NCBI GenBank assembly: GCA_003208875.1
Contig: QCUR01000004.1
Span: 96,001-160,000, forward strand
Reading direction: 5' to 3'
Length of the DNA: 64,000 nucleotides
Source: Prochlorococcus sp. AG-679-M23
GTDB lineage: Bacteria > Cyanobacteriota > Cyanobacteriia > PCC-6307 > Cyanobiaceae
In this document: positions 32,566 through 43,173 of the stretch, piece after piece
Layout of the letters: each line of letters begins with the position of its first letter
Numbering within the stretch: the first letter of the stretch is position 1
Notes under the pieces: generated by a model
Databases searched by the model: none
The model's input: the letters and a program-made list of their open reading frames with translations, nothing else
What the model was told of the DNA's origin: nothing
Position numbers and translations under genes: made by a program

Positions 32566-33198
32566 TTGTTGGATAAAGCACTACTCATAGTGATGGCTAA
32601 GTGGCATGCTTATGGTCGTTGCAAAAATAGATTATCAAAAGATATAGGGAAAATTAGTTCTGCAAAAGTGCAGAAAAAAATGACAGGTCATACTGTTTCA
32701 GTTGCAAAATTTCTTGAGAATAAAGGGTTGATTGATATTTCCTTAGCCATATCTGGACTAGGATTAAAAAATAGTAAAAGGTGGAGTAATGAATTAGGAA
32801 TTAAAAACTTTAAATTACAAGGTAGAGGATGTTTAGGAGAAAAGATGAGAAGGCAAATTCTTATAGAAAAAAAAAGTAGTTTAAAAACAAGAAATATTAT
32901 TTTTATAGGGACTGATCTTCCAGATTTTTGTCATATGGATTTATTAAATACTCTTTCAAAACTTAAAAAAAATGATCTGATTTTAGGCCCCTCAAATGAT
33001 GGAGGATATTGGCTTATTGCTTTTTCTGAAAGATTATTATCTGCTGATTTATATTTACCCTTTATAAACATTAAATGGGGTAGAGAAGACGTCCTTGAAC
33101 AAACTATTAAAAACCTTTCTTCAATGCACCTAAAGCATGACTTCCTTCATCGAAAAATAGATATTGATAGAATTATAGATATCGAAAAAAGAGAATAA
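32566..33198 (+). CDS. DUF2064 / TIGR04282-type transferase
   Basis: MAK...GRCKNRL, Q..G.LGEKM, IGTDLP, LGPSNDGGYWL, DID. Confidence 0.85.
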   Translation: MLDKALLIVMAKWHAYGRCKNRLSKDIGKISSAKVQKKMTGHTVSVAKFLENKGLIDISLAISGLGLKNSKRWSNELGIKNFKLQGRGCLGEKMRRQILIEKKSSLKTRNIIFIGTDLPDFCHMDLLNTLSKLKKNDLILGPSNDGGYWLIAFSERLLSADLYLPFINIKWGREDVLEQTIKNLSSMHLKHDFLHRKIDIDRIIDIEKRE

Positions 33199-33203
33199 TT
33201 AAG

Positions 33204-33887
33204 TTGCCTAAAATCTCAATTATTATTCCAACTTATAACGAATCTCAACACTTACCATTACTTCTCTCGGATTTATCAATTTCTAATGAGGAAGCAGAAA
33301 TTATAATTGTAGATTGTAATAGTGAGGATAAAACTGTAGAGATAGGAAAGTTATATGGATTAAAGATACATAAATCAAAAAGAAAAAACAGAGGGTTGCA
33401 ATTAAATATCGGAGCCAAAAAGGCTAAAGGAAAATGGTTTATTTTTTTACATGCCGATTCTAGGCTTAATCAAGATTGGTTAAAAAAAGTGAAGTCAGTA
33501 ATGAGATACGATGAAAATTCTGTTTGTTTTTTTAAATTCAAGATTAATAATAAAAAAATTATTTACAGATTTCTAGAGATAGTTGTAAACCTTAGAAGCT
33601 ACATCTTCAAAGATCCATATGGTGATCAAGGTCTCTTAATTCACAGGGAAATATATTTTAAGAATAAAGGTTATCGAAAAATTCCTTTGATGGAGGATTT
33701 AGATTTTATAAAAAGATTAAAGAAAAAGGCATCTTTAAAAAGATTAAGTATTCCAATTTATACAAGTAGTAGGAAGTGGGAAAAAACTAATATTATTTTT
33801 CAAGCATTTAAGAATTGGAGTTATAGGAAAAGATGGTTAAGAGGGGAGTCAATAAAATCTTTACATAATGATTATTATAAAAATTAA
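33204..33887 (+). CDS. GT2 glycosyltransferase, TIGR04283 type
   Basis: SIIIPTYNE, RGLQLNIGA, FLHADS, PYGDQGL, PLMED, TSSRKW. Confidence 0.88.
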   Translation: MPKISIIIPTYNESQHLPLLLSDLSISNEEAEIIIVDCNSEDKTVEIGKLYGLKIHKSKRKNRGLQLNIGAKKAKGKWFIFLHADSRLNQDWLKKVKSVMRYDENSVCFFKFKINNKKIIYRFLEIVVNLRSYIFKDPYGDQGLLIHREIYFKNKGYRKIPLMEDLDFIKRLKKKASLKRLSIPIYTSSRKWEKTNIIFQAFKNWSYRKRWLRGESIKSLHNDYYKN

Positions 33888-33888
33888 A

Positions 33889-34419
33889 TTAATTTGCATA
33901 CCAAAAAGCACATTTTGAACCTTTTGGTTCTAATTCCCAACCCTGCCTTTTATAAAATGAAACCACCTCGGCATCCGCGAATAAAGTAACCTTTGATATT
34001 CCAATTTTTTTTAATTCTTGCAATATATATTTCATCAATTCTTTACCTAAACCAAGTCCTTGATAAACGGGATTAATAGCAACATCCCAAATAGTTGCCT
34101 CAATAATCCCGTCCCCAGTACATCTAGCGAAACCTACAAGCCTAGGGAATTTCTCATCATGTCGCCATAACCCAACTACTAGAATACTAAATTCTAAAGC
34201 TCTTTTAACTCTCCTTATTGGCCTCCTGCTCCATCCTACGGTCTGCAAAAGTTGATCTAACTCAATAAGATCAAACTCCTTGACCTTACTACAAACAAAA
34301 ATCTCTTTTTTCTCTTGATGGGTGAATTCATAAGAATTCAAACCATAATGTTTAATCAACTCATATTGAGAAAGAATATTTGTTTTCTTAATTGATGACC
34401 TTTTGTTCCTAAAAATCAT
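33889..34419 (-). CDS. GNAT N-acetyltransferase (Ycf52-like)
   Basis: VGWSRRP, ATIWDVAINPVYQGLGLG, FY...GW. Confidence 0.88.
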   Translation of the reverse strand: MIFRNKRSSIKKTNILSQYELIKHYGLNSYEFTHQEKKEIFVCSKVKEFDLIELDQLLQTVGWSRRPIRRVKRALEFSILVVGLWRHDEKFPRLVGFARCTGDGIIEATIWDVAINPVYQGLGLGKELMKYILQELKKIGISKVTLFADAEVVSFYKRQGWELEPKGSKCAFWYAN

Positions 34420-36215
34420 TAAAAACTAGCAAATCCTTTTTCTTGAAGCTCGGAAAGTTGAAAATATAATCCTTTTTTGAGTCTAAGCTCTCTATGATTC
34501 CCTTCTTCAATTAAAGCTCCCCCTTTCAAGACTAATATTTTATCAGATTTCTCAATAGTAGCTAATCTATGCGCGATCACTAATGCCGTTCTTTTATTCA
34601 AAAGCCTTTCAAGATCTTTTTGCAAGGTGGCTTCTGTAGATGGATCCATAAATGCAGTCGCTTCATCCATTATCAAGATTATTGGATTTCTTATGGCTAC
34701 CCTAGCTACAGAAAGAAGTTGTCTTTCTCCTGATGAAAGATTACCTCCTCTCTCTCTTAGAGAAGTGTTCAAACCATCAGGCAACTTTTTCAATAAAGTA
34801 CCTAAACCAAGCTCCATACAAATATCTTCTAAGTCTTGTTTATTTATATCAGTACTTAATTTTAAGTTTTCTGCAACATCACCACTGAAAATAAACGTAT
34901 CTTGTAGCACAACACCAAGCATATTTCTAAGTCTTGCTATTGGTATATCCTTAATATCTACATCGTCTATCAAAATGTGGCCTTCTTGAGGCTCATAAAG
35001 TCTACATAATAATCTTATTATAGTTGTTTTACCAGAACCAGTTGGACCAACAAAAGCTACATGTTCTCCTGGATTAACTAAAAATGATAGGTCTTTTATT
35101 ACATGTTCACCCTCGTTATAGAAAAAATTGACATTCCGAAATTCAATTTTCCCTTTAAATTTATAATCCTTATTTAAAATTCCTCCTGAAAGTTGTTGAG
35201 TAGAACTAGAGTCTTTAATCTCAATTTCTTCATCTAACAATTCATTTATTCTCTCTACAGCAGTAAGTCCCCCTTGAATCTGTGTAAATCTCTCTGCTAA
35301 CTGTCTTAAAGGCTCGAAGAGTCTTTGAGAGTAAAGAATAAAAGTTGTTAATGTTCCTAAACCAATATTTCCCGAAGTTACTAGATACCCTCCCACAGCC
35401 AATACTAATGAGACCGCTGCAAGGGATATCCATTCAATAAAAGCAGATATACTACTATCATAAAAAATGGTCCCATTAACTGCTTTCTGGTACGCAATAC
35501 CCGTATTAGAAAATTTCCTACTGTTGAAAAACTCTCTCCTAAACATTTGAACGACCTCTAAACCTTGAAGATTCTCTTGGAAGTCAGAGTTAAGTTGAGA
35601 CAATTCCTCTCTTACTTGATAATTTGCTTTTCTATAGCGTTTTTGAAGCCAAATAATAAAATATGAAACCGGTATTTGAGTTAAAAGAAGCAAAGTTGCC
35701 AATCCTTTGTCTATAGAAAGCATCGTTAATGAAATGACTATAAGACTAACAAAATCAGCTATAACTCCGACGGCTCCACTGCCAAAAACCTCAGCCAAGG
35801 CATCCACATCATTGGTAAGTCTTGTTAGCAATTTACCGACAGGCATTTTATCGTGATACTTAAGAGAAAGGGAAATAGAATGTTCGAAAAGTTCTCTTCT
35901 AATCCTTGCTGTTAATCTTTGTCCAACAGATTGAATATTATATGATTGATATCCTTGTAAAATTAATCTAAATAGAACAGTTATAAACAAAGTGATAATA
36001 ATTATATTTACAGATTGCCCAAAGAAGGTTTTACTTAACCAGACATCTGTGCTCTCATTTTTTAAGATTGTTATCGCTTGACCAACTAATAATGGTTGAA
36101 CTGCTCCTGCAAATGAAACGGGTAATAAGACTATTAAAATAAGATAAATAGTTTTTTTATCTTTAGTTAAATATCTACCTAATTTTTTTATTCTATCAAA
36201 ATCATTCAAAAACAT
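34419..36215 (-). CDS. ABC exporter, fused permease/ATPase (multidrug type)
   Basis: N-terminal TM domain; GPTGSGKT, LSSGERQ, MDEATA, AHRL. Confidence 0.93.
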   Translation of the reverse strand: MFLNDFDRIKKLGRYLTKDKKTIYLILIVLLPVSFAGAVQPLLVGQAITILKNESTDVWLSKTFFGQSVNIIIITLFITVLFRLILQGYQSYNIQSVGQRLTARIRRELFEHSISLSLKYHDKMPVGKLLTRLTNDVDALAEVFGSGAVGVIADFVSLIVISLTMLSIDKGLATLLLLTQIPVSYFIIWLQKRYRKANYQVREELSQLNSDFQENLQGLEVVQMFRREFFNSRKFSNTGIAYQKAVNGTIFYDSSISAFIEWISLAAVSLVLAVGGYLVTSGNIGLGTLTTFILYSQRLFEPLRQLAERFTQIQGGLTAVERINELLDEEIEIKDSSSTQQLSGGILNKDYKFKGKIEFRNVNFFYNEGEHVIKDLSFLVNPGEHVAFVGPTGSGKTTIIRLLCRLYEPQEGHILIDDVDIKDIPIARLRNMLGVVLQDTFIFSGDVAENLKLSTDINKQDLEDICMELGLGTLLKKLPDGLNTSLRERGGNLSSGERQLLSVARVAIRNPIILIMDEATAFMDPSTEATLQKDLERLLNKRTALVIAHRLATIEKSDKILVLKGGALIEEGNHRELRLKKGLYFQLSELQEKGFASF

Positions 36216-36228
36216 TACTTTAAATATT

Positions 36229-36885
36229 TTATGTATCCATATAAGATTCTATTGATAAAATCACATCTCGGAGAGGGTTGCTATCTAATCTAAGTGAGAG
36301 AGGATTAGCTATTAATCTTGCAGTTGAATAAAAAAGATCATCAATTTTACTTAAACCGTTTTCTTTAAGAGTCTTGCCTGTAGCGACCAAATCTATTATG
36401 GCTTCTGCCATCCCAGTAATAGGACCAAGCTCTACTGATCCCGTTAGATGAACTATCTCAACTGGTATATTTAAATCATCAAAATAGGCTCTTGCAGTTT
36501 TTGTGAATTTACTTGCCACTTTACAATTAGCCGGAAGATCCGTAGGTTTTGAATAATTACTATTATTTTTTACAGCAAGTGACATATGACATCCACCAAA
36601 CTCTAAATCAAGCAATTTAGCAACTTTCAATTCAGATTCCTGCAATACGTCGTATCCTACAATTCCTAAATCTGCTTGCCCGTAACTTACATAAACTGGA
36701 ACGTCTCCATTTCTTACCAATAAGGCTTTGGCTCGTTTACATTTAGATTCAATAGTTAATGATCTATTATTTTCTAGCAGTGCATCAGAAAAGTTCAATC
36801 CTGCTTTTTTAAATATTGAAATTGAATCTTTTAACAGAGCTCCTTTAGGTAAAGCTATAGTAATCATATAACAATTTATTTTCAA
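36229..36885 (-). CDS. hisG: ATP phosphoribosyltransferase (short form)
   Basis: [29 protein letters not shown]; true start probably the second Met. Confidence 0.96.
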   Translation of the reverse strand: MKINCYMITIALPKGALLKDSISIFKKAGLNFSDALLENNRSLTIESKCKRAKALLVRNGDVPVYVSYGQADLGIVGYDVLQESELKVAKLLDLEFGGCHMSLAVKNNSNYSKPTDLPANCKVASKFTKTARAYFDDLNIPVEIVHLTGSVELGPITGMAEAIIDLVATGKTLKENGLSKIDDLFYSTARLIANPLSLRLDSNPLRDVILSIESYMDT

Positions 36886-36911
36886 ACAATTTTTTTAATT
36901 CTAAGGTAATA

Positions 36912-37652
36912 ATGGAATTTAATAAAGAGCAAAAAATAATTGGGATTAGAGTTCTAAGTGATAATGTAATTTGGCTCTGGAAAAAAAATAAATCAGCAGT
37001 AGTTATTGATCCTGCTCTTTCTCAACCTGTAATAGAATACTTGAAAACCAATAATCTTTATTTAGAGGCTATATTACAAACTCATCATCATTCTGATCAT
37101 ATTGGAGGGACCAGAGAACTCATAAAGGAATGGCCAAATGTTAAGGTTATAGCTTCTTATAAAGAAAAAGATCGTATACCATTTCAAAATTTGTCAGTTA
37201 AGGACGGAGACACATTATTGTTATTAGATGAAGAGGTAAAAGTAATCGAAGTAATAGGACATACAAGATCACATATAGCTTTCTACTTTAATAACAAAGT
37301 CCCTATCCTTTTTGTTGGTGATACTTTATTTTCAGCTGGTTGTGGAAGAATCTTTGAAGGCACTTATAAACAAATGTATAATTCTCTAAAAAAAATTAAG
37401 TCATTACCTAAAAACACTCTCATTTACTGTGCTCATGAATATACGAAGTCAAATCTTTTGTGGGCTTTGGATCTTGAACCCGATAATCAAATTATTAAAA
37501 ATAAACTCGTTGAAGTTGAAAAGAAAATTGCTTTAAAAGAACTTACAATTCCATGCCTGCTTGAAGAAGAGATGAAAGTTAATCTGTTTCTAAGGGCAGA
37601 TGATTTAAAAAGATTTTCTTTTTTAAGAGCAAATAAAGATTCATGGGTTTAA
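36912..37652 (+). CDS. gloB: Hydroxyacylglutathione hydrolase (glyoxalase II)
   Basis: [30 protein letters not shown]. Confidence 0.95.
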   Translation: MEFNKEQKIIGIRVLSDNVIWLWKKNKSAVVIDPALSQPVIEYLKTNNLYLEAILQTHHHSDHIGGTRELIKEWPNVKVIASYKEKDRIPFQNLSVKDGDTLLLLDEEVKVIEVIGHTRSHIAFYFNNKVPILFVGDTLFSAGCGRIFEGTYKQMYNSLKKIKSLPKNTLIYCAHEYTKSNLLWALDLEPDNQIIKNKLVEVEKKIALKELTIPCLLEEEMKVNLFLRADDLKRFSFLRANKDSWV

Positions 37653-37676
37653 ATTTATATAAATATCCTTAATCAA

Positions 37677-38069
37677 ATGTCTTCAACAAAAGTAATTAAG
37701 ACTTCTAATGCACCAGACCCTGTTGGTCCTTATAACCAAGCTATCAAAGCAGGAAATTTTATTTATTGTTCAGGTCAAATTGCCATCGATCCAGTTTCAA
37801 ATGAAATAAATTGCCTAGGAAATATAGAGAAAGAAACTACTCAAGTTTTAAAAAATCTTTTTGCTGTTCTTAATGCCGGAGGAGCAAAAGCAGAAGATGT
37901 AATTAAAACAACTATATATTTAACTGATTTAAAAAATTTTAAAACTGTTAATGATATATACAGTGATTTTTTTAATGTCGAGAACCCACCGGCAAGAGCA
38001 TGTATAGAAGTGTCTTCTTTGCCAAAAGGCGTTCTGATTGAAATAGAGTGTGTTGCTTTTTTAGATTAA
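37677..38069 (+). CDS. ridA: RidA/YjgF enamine-imine deaminase
   Basis: AP.PVGPYNQA, SGQI, PARAC, LPKG..IEIE. Confidence 0.9.
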   Translation: MSSTKVIKTSNAPDPVGPYNQAIKAGNFIYCSGQIAIDPVSNEINCLGNIEKETTQVLKNLFAVLNAGGAKAEDVIKTTIYLTDLKNFKTVNDIYSDFFNVENPPARACIEVSSLPKGVLIEIECVAFLD

Positions 38070-38154
38070 TTTAACATTATTTAGAAATTTGAAATAAGAG
38101 CCAATTTTGCACCATATTTGTATAGATTAATAATTAACAAAACTTCTTTGATCT

Positions 38155-38382
38155 ATGACAGCAGCAAAGCTAAATATAGACGAACTAGAAGCAGGTTACC
38201 CTTTATTTTGTAAAGCGCTAAGATTATTAATTTTAAAAGGGAATTCACTTAAAGAAATTGAAAGGACAGTTTGTTGGGGTCATCTTGAAACATTAAACAG
38301 ATGCCTTCCTGGGAGATATAAAGCCCCTACTTATTTGATGGCTCTAATAAAAAGAGATATAGATAAACCAAATCATTATTAG
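38155..38382 (+). CDS. Conserved picocyanobacterial protein (DUF3136-like)
   Basis: ELEAGYPLFCKALR, RTVCW, LP.RYKAP. Confidence 0.75.
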   Translation: MTAAKLNIDELEAGYPLFCKALRLLILKGNSLKEIERTVCWGHLETLNRCLPGRYKAPTYLMALIKRDIDKPNHY

Positions 38383-38387
38383 GTACA

Positions 38388-38627
38388 TTATTTTTCTAAA
38401 AAGTAATTATCTAATCTCATAGAAAATTCTTTTTCATTACTTGGTATTTTCTCAGAATCTAAAAAGATGGATACACTTACAAAATTCTTACCGAAACTAA
38501 TATTGGGATAGATATTTTTTTCTTTACATAATTCATCTATTTTTTTCAAAAATATACTAATTTTTTGATACTCTTCAAACTCAAATCTTTTTTCAATTCT
38601 TGAAGGCGACTCCCTTTGGTTCCACAT
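38388..38627 (-). CDS. Pterin-4a-carbinolamine dehydratase-like protein (acRAF, Rubisco assembly factor)
   Basis: W..RESP.RIEKRFEF, YPNISFG in place of the catalytic HHP; lies at the end of the cso operon. Confidence 0.8.
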   Translation of the reverse strand: MWNQRESPSRIEKRFEFEEYQKISIFLKKIDELCKEKNIYPNISFGKNFVSVSIFLDSEKIPSNEKEFSMRLDNYFLEK

Positions 38628-38726
38628 TAACGCGTGATTTATAACGGCAATTAATACTATACATTTATTTGATGTTTTTCGTAATTTTCTGACAAATAAA
38701 TCAGGACAATCAAAAGCTATAAAAGT

Positions 38727-38975
38727 CTAATTAGATTCCCAGTAATCGATAATTCCGCCAATAGTTAAATCAGTCTGAACTTCTGGATTAGGGCAAGCAA
38801 ACCTTGCTGCTGAACCGCTAGCGGTAAAAACCCAATTACCCTCTCTAGCTCCAACAGGATCAACCGCAACAACTTTTTTACCTTTATTATTTACTAAAAT
38901 CCTCAAATTCATGTGTCCAAGGCCAGCTACTCTTTGCGTGCAAACCATTCTTCCACATACCTTCATTATTTCCAA
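38727..38975 (-). CDS. csoS4B: Carboxysome vertex pentamer B
   Basis: VAVDPVGAREG.WV, TDLTIGGIID. Confidence 0.95.
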   Translation of the reverse strand: MEIMKVCGRMVCTQRVAGLGHMNLRILVNNKGKKVVAVDPVGAREGNWVFTASGSAARFACPNPEVQTDLTIGGIIDYWESN

Positions 38976-38980
38976 AAGTT

Positions 38981-39247
38981 TTATACCTCAATTTGTTTTG
39001 GACTATCGGGATCCCAATGATCAATAATTCCAACAATCGTTAAATCACTTGGATATGACTTACTTCCTGCAGCTTCTCTAGCTGCAGAACTACCAACACA
39101 AATAACCCAATCACCAGGCTTACAACCAACAGCATCAACTGCTACTTTATTTGAGGATCCATCTAAAACTACTTGTAAATGTTTATGTTCAAAACCAGGA
39201 ATTCTATTGGTTGATACAAGTGGTTTTAAAACCTTGCAAATTAACAT
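38981..39247 (-). CDS. csoS4A: Carboxysome vertex pentamer A
   Basis: LVSTNRIPG, VAVDAVGCKPGDWV, GSSAAREA, SDLTIVGIID. Confidence 0.95.
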   Translation of the reverse strand: MLICKVLKPLVSTNRIPGFEHKHLQVVLDGSSNKVAVDAVGCKPGDWVICVGSSAAREAAGSKSYPSDLTIVGIIDHWDPDSPKQIEV

Positions 39248-39249
39248 AA

Positions 39250-40779
39250 CTAGTGAGCCTCCTCTGTTTTTTTATCTAAAGACATTCCAATAATTTGAGC
39301 GGAATGAATGTTGTCCCTATCTCTAATAGTAAGACAAGTGTGCAACAAACCTTTATCAACTAAATTTTTATATCTAATTGATATCGCATTATTGACTCTA
39401 TAACAATCTTTTGCAGCCCTATCTTTTGCTCCGGGTACTTTACCAGAATAATCAAATCTTATTACTACGGGAATAGGTAGATCTTGAGAAACATTTAATC
39501 CTGTAAAAATCTTTACTCCTACATCCAAATCAGGAGCCCCTTCTTCAACTGTATCAAGATGAGCAAAATAAGTTAAATTTCTTAGATGAACTTCTTTAAA
39601 ACCAATCCCAACTCCAATAAATCTTTCAGCATGACCAATATCTTCATAAGATCCTTTATGAAATTTCTTAACATAATCAATCTGAGAAATATTATTGACT
39701 ATTAATTTAAAGACAAACTTGTCCAATCCCTTTAGTTGACCCTTATTAGAATTTCCTGAAATAATCTGACAAATTTCTTTTTCTGCTTCGTCTTTTGAAA
39801 AATTTATTGTGGAATTGTAAATATCTAAACTAGAAATAGTATTTTCTAAATCAATCTTTCCGTCACTTGAAGATAAATGAATCTTTAACGAATCAGTATC
39901 AGTATCAAGACCAATTAACATAAGATCTACTGAAGCGCCGCAGCAGAAGCTATTTTCAACAGCCTCCTTAAAAGCTAGTAATTTTTCACGACCCTCTTTA
40001 GCTGCTAATTTATCATCACTACCATGAGCCGCACATCCCTGATGCAAAGGGTCAACAGAACTAAAATGGTATGTGACGATTTTTAAATACCTTGTATCTT
40101 CATGGGCTTCATTTGGATTATTTTCTCTATATCTTTTATGTTCAGTTTTTACCCATCTATTCACAGTATTTTCAATATCAAAGAGTGCGCCTGCATGTGA
40201 TCTTCTTCTAACTGCACTAAATGGAATTCTCATTACATAAGCAACTGAATGAGCTAATCTTCCGTCAGAGCACGGTGTTATGTCTAACAAGTGAATTCCA
40301 CAATCTAGCAGTGCTTTCTCAAAATTATTTGCGTTAGGACTACCAGAAGAGCCCTCTAACGGGTCATTTTCGAAAAAATTATCGCTTAATTTCTCATGCT
40401 GCTTAAAAGCGCACCATGCATACAAGGCCCTCATATCTAATGGTTTAACCCAAGATTTATCTAAAATATGCGTTGGTAAATTTATTCCTAAATTTTTATT
40501 AGATATAGATTGAGCTGTATTTATGAAATCCTCATGATGTTGTATACGAGCAATTTCTTTCAAAGTAGGAACAATTCTGTCAAAACTACTTTTTATTTGA
40601 CTTTCATATTTATAAAGTTTTTCATTCTGAGAATTATTAGTTAAGTTATGAGTCTTTTCAATATTTCTTAAATTATTTATTTCATTATTCTGTGAATGAA
40701 CATTTTCTGTAAAGGTTTTCATTGGAGCGGTTGGCCCCAATGTGAAGTTCTTGGCTTTAGCCAGTCCTCTCAAAGGCAT
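39250..40779 (-). CDS. csoSCA: Carboxysomal carbonic anhydrase CsoSCA (CsoS3)
   Basis: PCSDGRL, YHFS...HQGCAAHGS, GHAERFI. Confidence 0.96.
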   Translation of the reverse strand: MPLRGLAKAKNFTLGPTAPMKTFTENVHSQNNEINNLRNIEKTHNLTNNSQNEKLYKYESQIKSSFDRIVPTLKEIARIQHHEDFINTAQSISNKNLGINLPTHILDKSWVKPLDMRALYAWCAFKQHEKLSDNFFENDPLEGSSGSPNANNFEKALLDCGIHLLDITPCSDGRLAHSVAYVMRIPFSAVRRRSHAGALFDIENTVNRWVKTEHKRYRENNPNEAHEDTRYLKIVTYHFSSVDPLHQGCAAHGSDDKLAAKEGREKLLAFKEAVENSFCCGASVDLMLIGLDTDTDSLKIHLSSSDGKIDLENTISSLDIYNSTINFSKDEAEKEICQIISGNSNKGQLKGLDKFVFKLIVNNISQIDYVKKFHKGSYEDIGHAERFIGVGIGFKEVHLRNLTYFAHLDTVEEGAPDLDVGVKIFTGLNVSQDLPIPVVIRFDYSGKVPGAKDRAAKDCYRVNNAISIRYKNLVDKGLLHTCLTIRDRDNIHSAQIIGMSLDKKTEEAH

Positions 40780-40786
40780 TATTTAA

Positions 40787-43084
40787 TTAACCTCTTGCAC
40801 CACCTGAAAAGGTAACCAGTTGTCCATCACGAGTGTTACCACTAGATCCAGTTATAAGAAAATCAGGTTTTTCTTTCTCATCATTTCTCTTATTATCAAC
40901 AGGTGGCATTGCTCCCATAAATCCCGCTCTTGATGGATTCCTCTTCCTAGCAGAAACTCCTTCTGTTCCCGTGACTTTATCTCCTCTATCCCAGTCATCT
41001 CCGGTTATATTCCCAGCAGACTGACCCTCACCTGTTATCCTTGAATGCTCTTTTATATTTGTAGGAATATCAATATTTTGACTTTCTTCTTGTTTCATTT
41101 TTTGTTTATAAGTCATATTTTTATTAGGTTCAAATCTAAATTGCTCAGTACCCGTAACTTTATCTTCTGCCATATCAAAAGGTCCTGTGATCTTTGAACT
41201 ATCTTCATACCTATTACCTGTTACTCCTTCTGTATTTTTAGCTGAATATTTTTCTCTTGATGGTGAATTAACAGAAAATTCCTTCCAAGAATTTGAAGCT
41301 GACTTCTCTTGATTTGCATAAGAAACATCATTTGGTGGTGTTTCGCAATTTGATAAAAACTGATCTCCCCCAATATAAGGAGTTCCAGTTAAATTTTTAC
41401 AAGCACCTTTTCTTGCTCCAGTCATTACTCCACCAATGCCTGGCTGCAGTCCAGTTAATCTAGCATTTGAATTATTTCCAGAATTAACTGTCGCTCGAGA
41501 TTTCATATCATCAGCAATTTCAGGATTGCAATTATCATTAATCTGATCTAATCCTGCATAAGGAGTTCCTGTTAATACCTTGCATGACCCAGGCTCATCT
41601 CCTGTTACGATTTTTGATCTACCTGTCATTGTTCCACTTATCAAATTTGATTTTGAAGAGAGACTCAAACCAACTTTCCTAGCCTCAGGCTGTGGAGTAG
41701 ATCCGCAAAATCTTTCATATTGCTGGGAACCAATATATTCATCTCCTGTCACATTTTTACAGCTCCCATGTTCATTACCTGTTACATAATCAGATCTTCC
41801 AACACCAGTTCCTGTAACGTTATTTCCATTTAAAGTGTCATAACTTCCAACTTTTTCAAATGATTTTCCTTTTGGGCTTGGCTCTGATCCCAGATATTGA
41901 TCCCCAGTCAACTGCTTCCCAGATCCTGATTCATCTCCAGTTACTAAGGACGATCTTCCTGGCAAGGAACCAGATACTTTTAATCCATCAATTGTTATGC
42001 TTTGCTTTACCTTTGCTGGTTTTTTTATTACTTCCCCACAATATTTCTTTGACTGATTAGCAGAAATATATTCTGTTCCAGTCAAGTTTTTACAAGTCCC
42101 AGGTTCGTCCCCAGTAACTTTTTCAGATCTGCCGACTTCATTACCAGTAACCTTATTCCCGGATGTTGTGGATGTAACGGAGGCTCTTATAGGTTGTTTA
42201 TATTTTGGTTTATCTTGACAGAATTGATCAGTTACCTCAGCTCCCATATATTGCGTCCCAGTTACTGTTCTACAGGTACTAGCTTCATTACCTGTTGTTT
42301 TCAAAGATCTGTTAGCTTGTGTTCCTGTAACGGTTTGCCCAGAATCTGTTTCACTTTTTCCAACTTTCCAACTTGCATCAGCGATATTTAATTTAGAACC
42401 ATTTTTGTTTGGACCACATGGCCTACACTTACCATTCCCTTGTTTTGATGTAGATCCTGTTTTACTTCTAAGTTCTCTTACCCTTTGAGAAATTTCCCTA
42501 CTAGACAAATCCGGGTCTCCTCTTCTCGCTAAAGAAGCAGCACTTGTATTTTGTTTTGATGCTGATTTTCCATGTTTAGATTGAGCCTCTCTTCTTGCTA
42601 AAACAATATCTCTGCTTGTATTTGTTATAGGTTTTCTCTTTTGATTAATTCTTCTTTTGATATTTTGTTTAACTACTTGATTATCTTGAATAGTATTATT
42701 TTGATCTTTTAAGGTCTGAGGTTTTTCGGTTAAAATAACTTTATTAACTTTATTATCACTTTTAACATCAGTACGTGTTCTATCTAAAGAATTAATAGCT
42801 GATTTACCATGTGTAGACATTGCTTTTCTTCTTTCTATGCCAAGTTCTTTACTAGATAATTTTGATGAAGTAGATTTTCTAGCAATTTTATTAGCAGGTA
42901 TATTAGATTTATTTGGGGGTGTTAAAACTTTTTTATTCGAAGAAATTGCTCCAGTTGAATGTATATCTTGAGATGATCTAACCCTATCTTTAGTAGAAGA
43001 AGAATGTAAGGCAGCTTTTTTCCCGCCATCACTCATAGCCTTTCTTCTTTCTAGTGCAATCTCTCTACTGGTTTTTGTTGACAT
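40787..43084 (-). CDS. csoS2: Carboxysome assembly scaffold CsoS2
   Basis: Four N-repeats (e.g. SREIALERRKAMS), six M-repeats with [VIL][TS]G triads ending in Y, C-terminal VTFSGGARG; ATG at 43084 preferred over TTG at 43093. Confidence 0.96.
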   Translation of the reverse strand: MSTKTSREIALERRKAMSDGGKKAALHSSSTKDRVRSSQDIHSTGAISSNKKVLTPPNKSNIPANKIARKSTSSKLSSKELGIERRKAMSTHGKSAINSLDRTRTDVKSDNKVNKVILTEKPQTLKDQNNTIQDNQVVKQNIKRRINQKRKPITNTSRDIVLARREAQSKHGKSASKQNTSAASLARRGDPDLSSREISQRVRELRSKTGSTSKQGNGKCRPCGPNKNGSKLNIADASWKVGKSETDSGQTVTGTQANRSLKTTGNEASTCRTVTGTQYMGAEVTDQFCQDKPKYKQPIRASVTSTTSGNKVTGNEVGRSEKVTGDEPGTCKNLTGTEYISANQSKKYCGEVIKKPAKVKQSITIDGLKVSGSLPGRSSLVTGDESGSGKQLTGDQYLGSEPSPKGKSFEKVGSYDTLNGNNVTGTGVGRSDYVTGNEHGSCKNVTGDEYIGSQQYERFCGSTPQPEARKVGLSLSSKSNLISGTMTGRSKIVTGDEPGSCKVLTGTPYAGLDQINDNCNPEIADDMKSRATVNSGNNSNARLTGLQPGIGGVMTGARKGACKNLTGTPYIGGDQFLSNCETPPNDVSYANQEKSASNSWKEFSVNSPSREKYSAKNTEGVTGNRYEDSSKITGPFDMAEDKVTGTEQFRFEPNKNMTYKQKMKQEESQNIDIPTNIKEHSRITGEGQSAGNITGDDWDRGDKVTGTEGVSARKRNPSRAGFMGAMPPVDNKRNDEKEKPDFLITGSSGNTRDGQLVTFSGGARG

Positions 43085-43107
43085 AATCTTCAAATTAGTA
43101 ACTCTTT

Positions 43108-43151
43108 AAAAAAACTTTCTCCAGTAAAATTTTAGTTTTAAAAGGAGAAAG
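43108..43151 (-). terminator. Intra-operon terminator between rbcS and csoS2
   Basis: Minus strand CTTTCTCC...GGAGAAAG stem followed by 7 T. Confidence 0.7.
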
Positions 43152-43173
43152 ATATTGACTGTTAAATAAAAAT

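Noticed and set aside
40787..43084. Repeated CCTGT/CCAGT-like nucleotide motifs suggesting an array
   Set aside because: Explained by the Thr-Gly triads of CsoS2 protein repeats; not CRISPR-like
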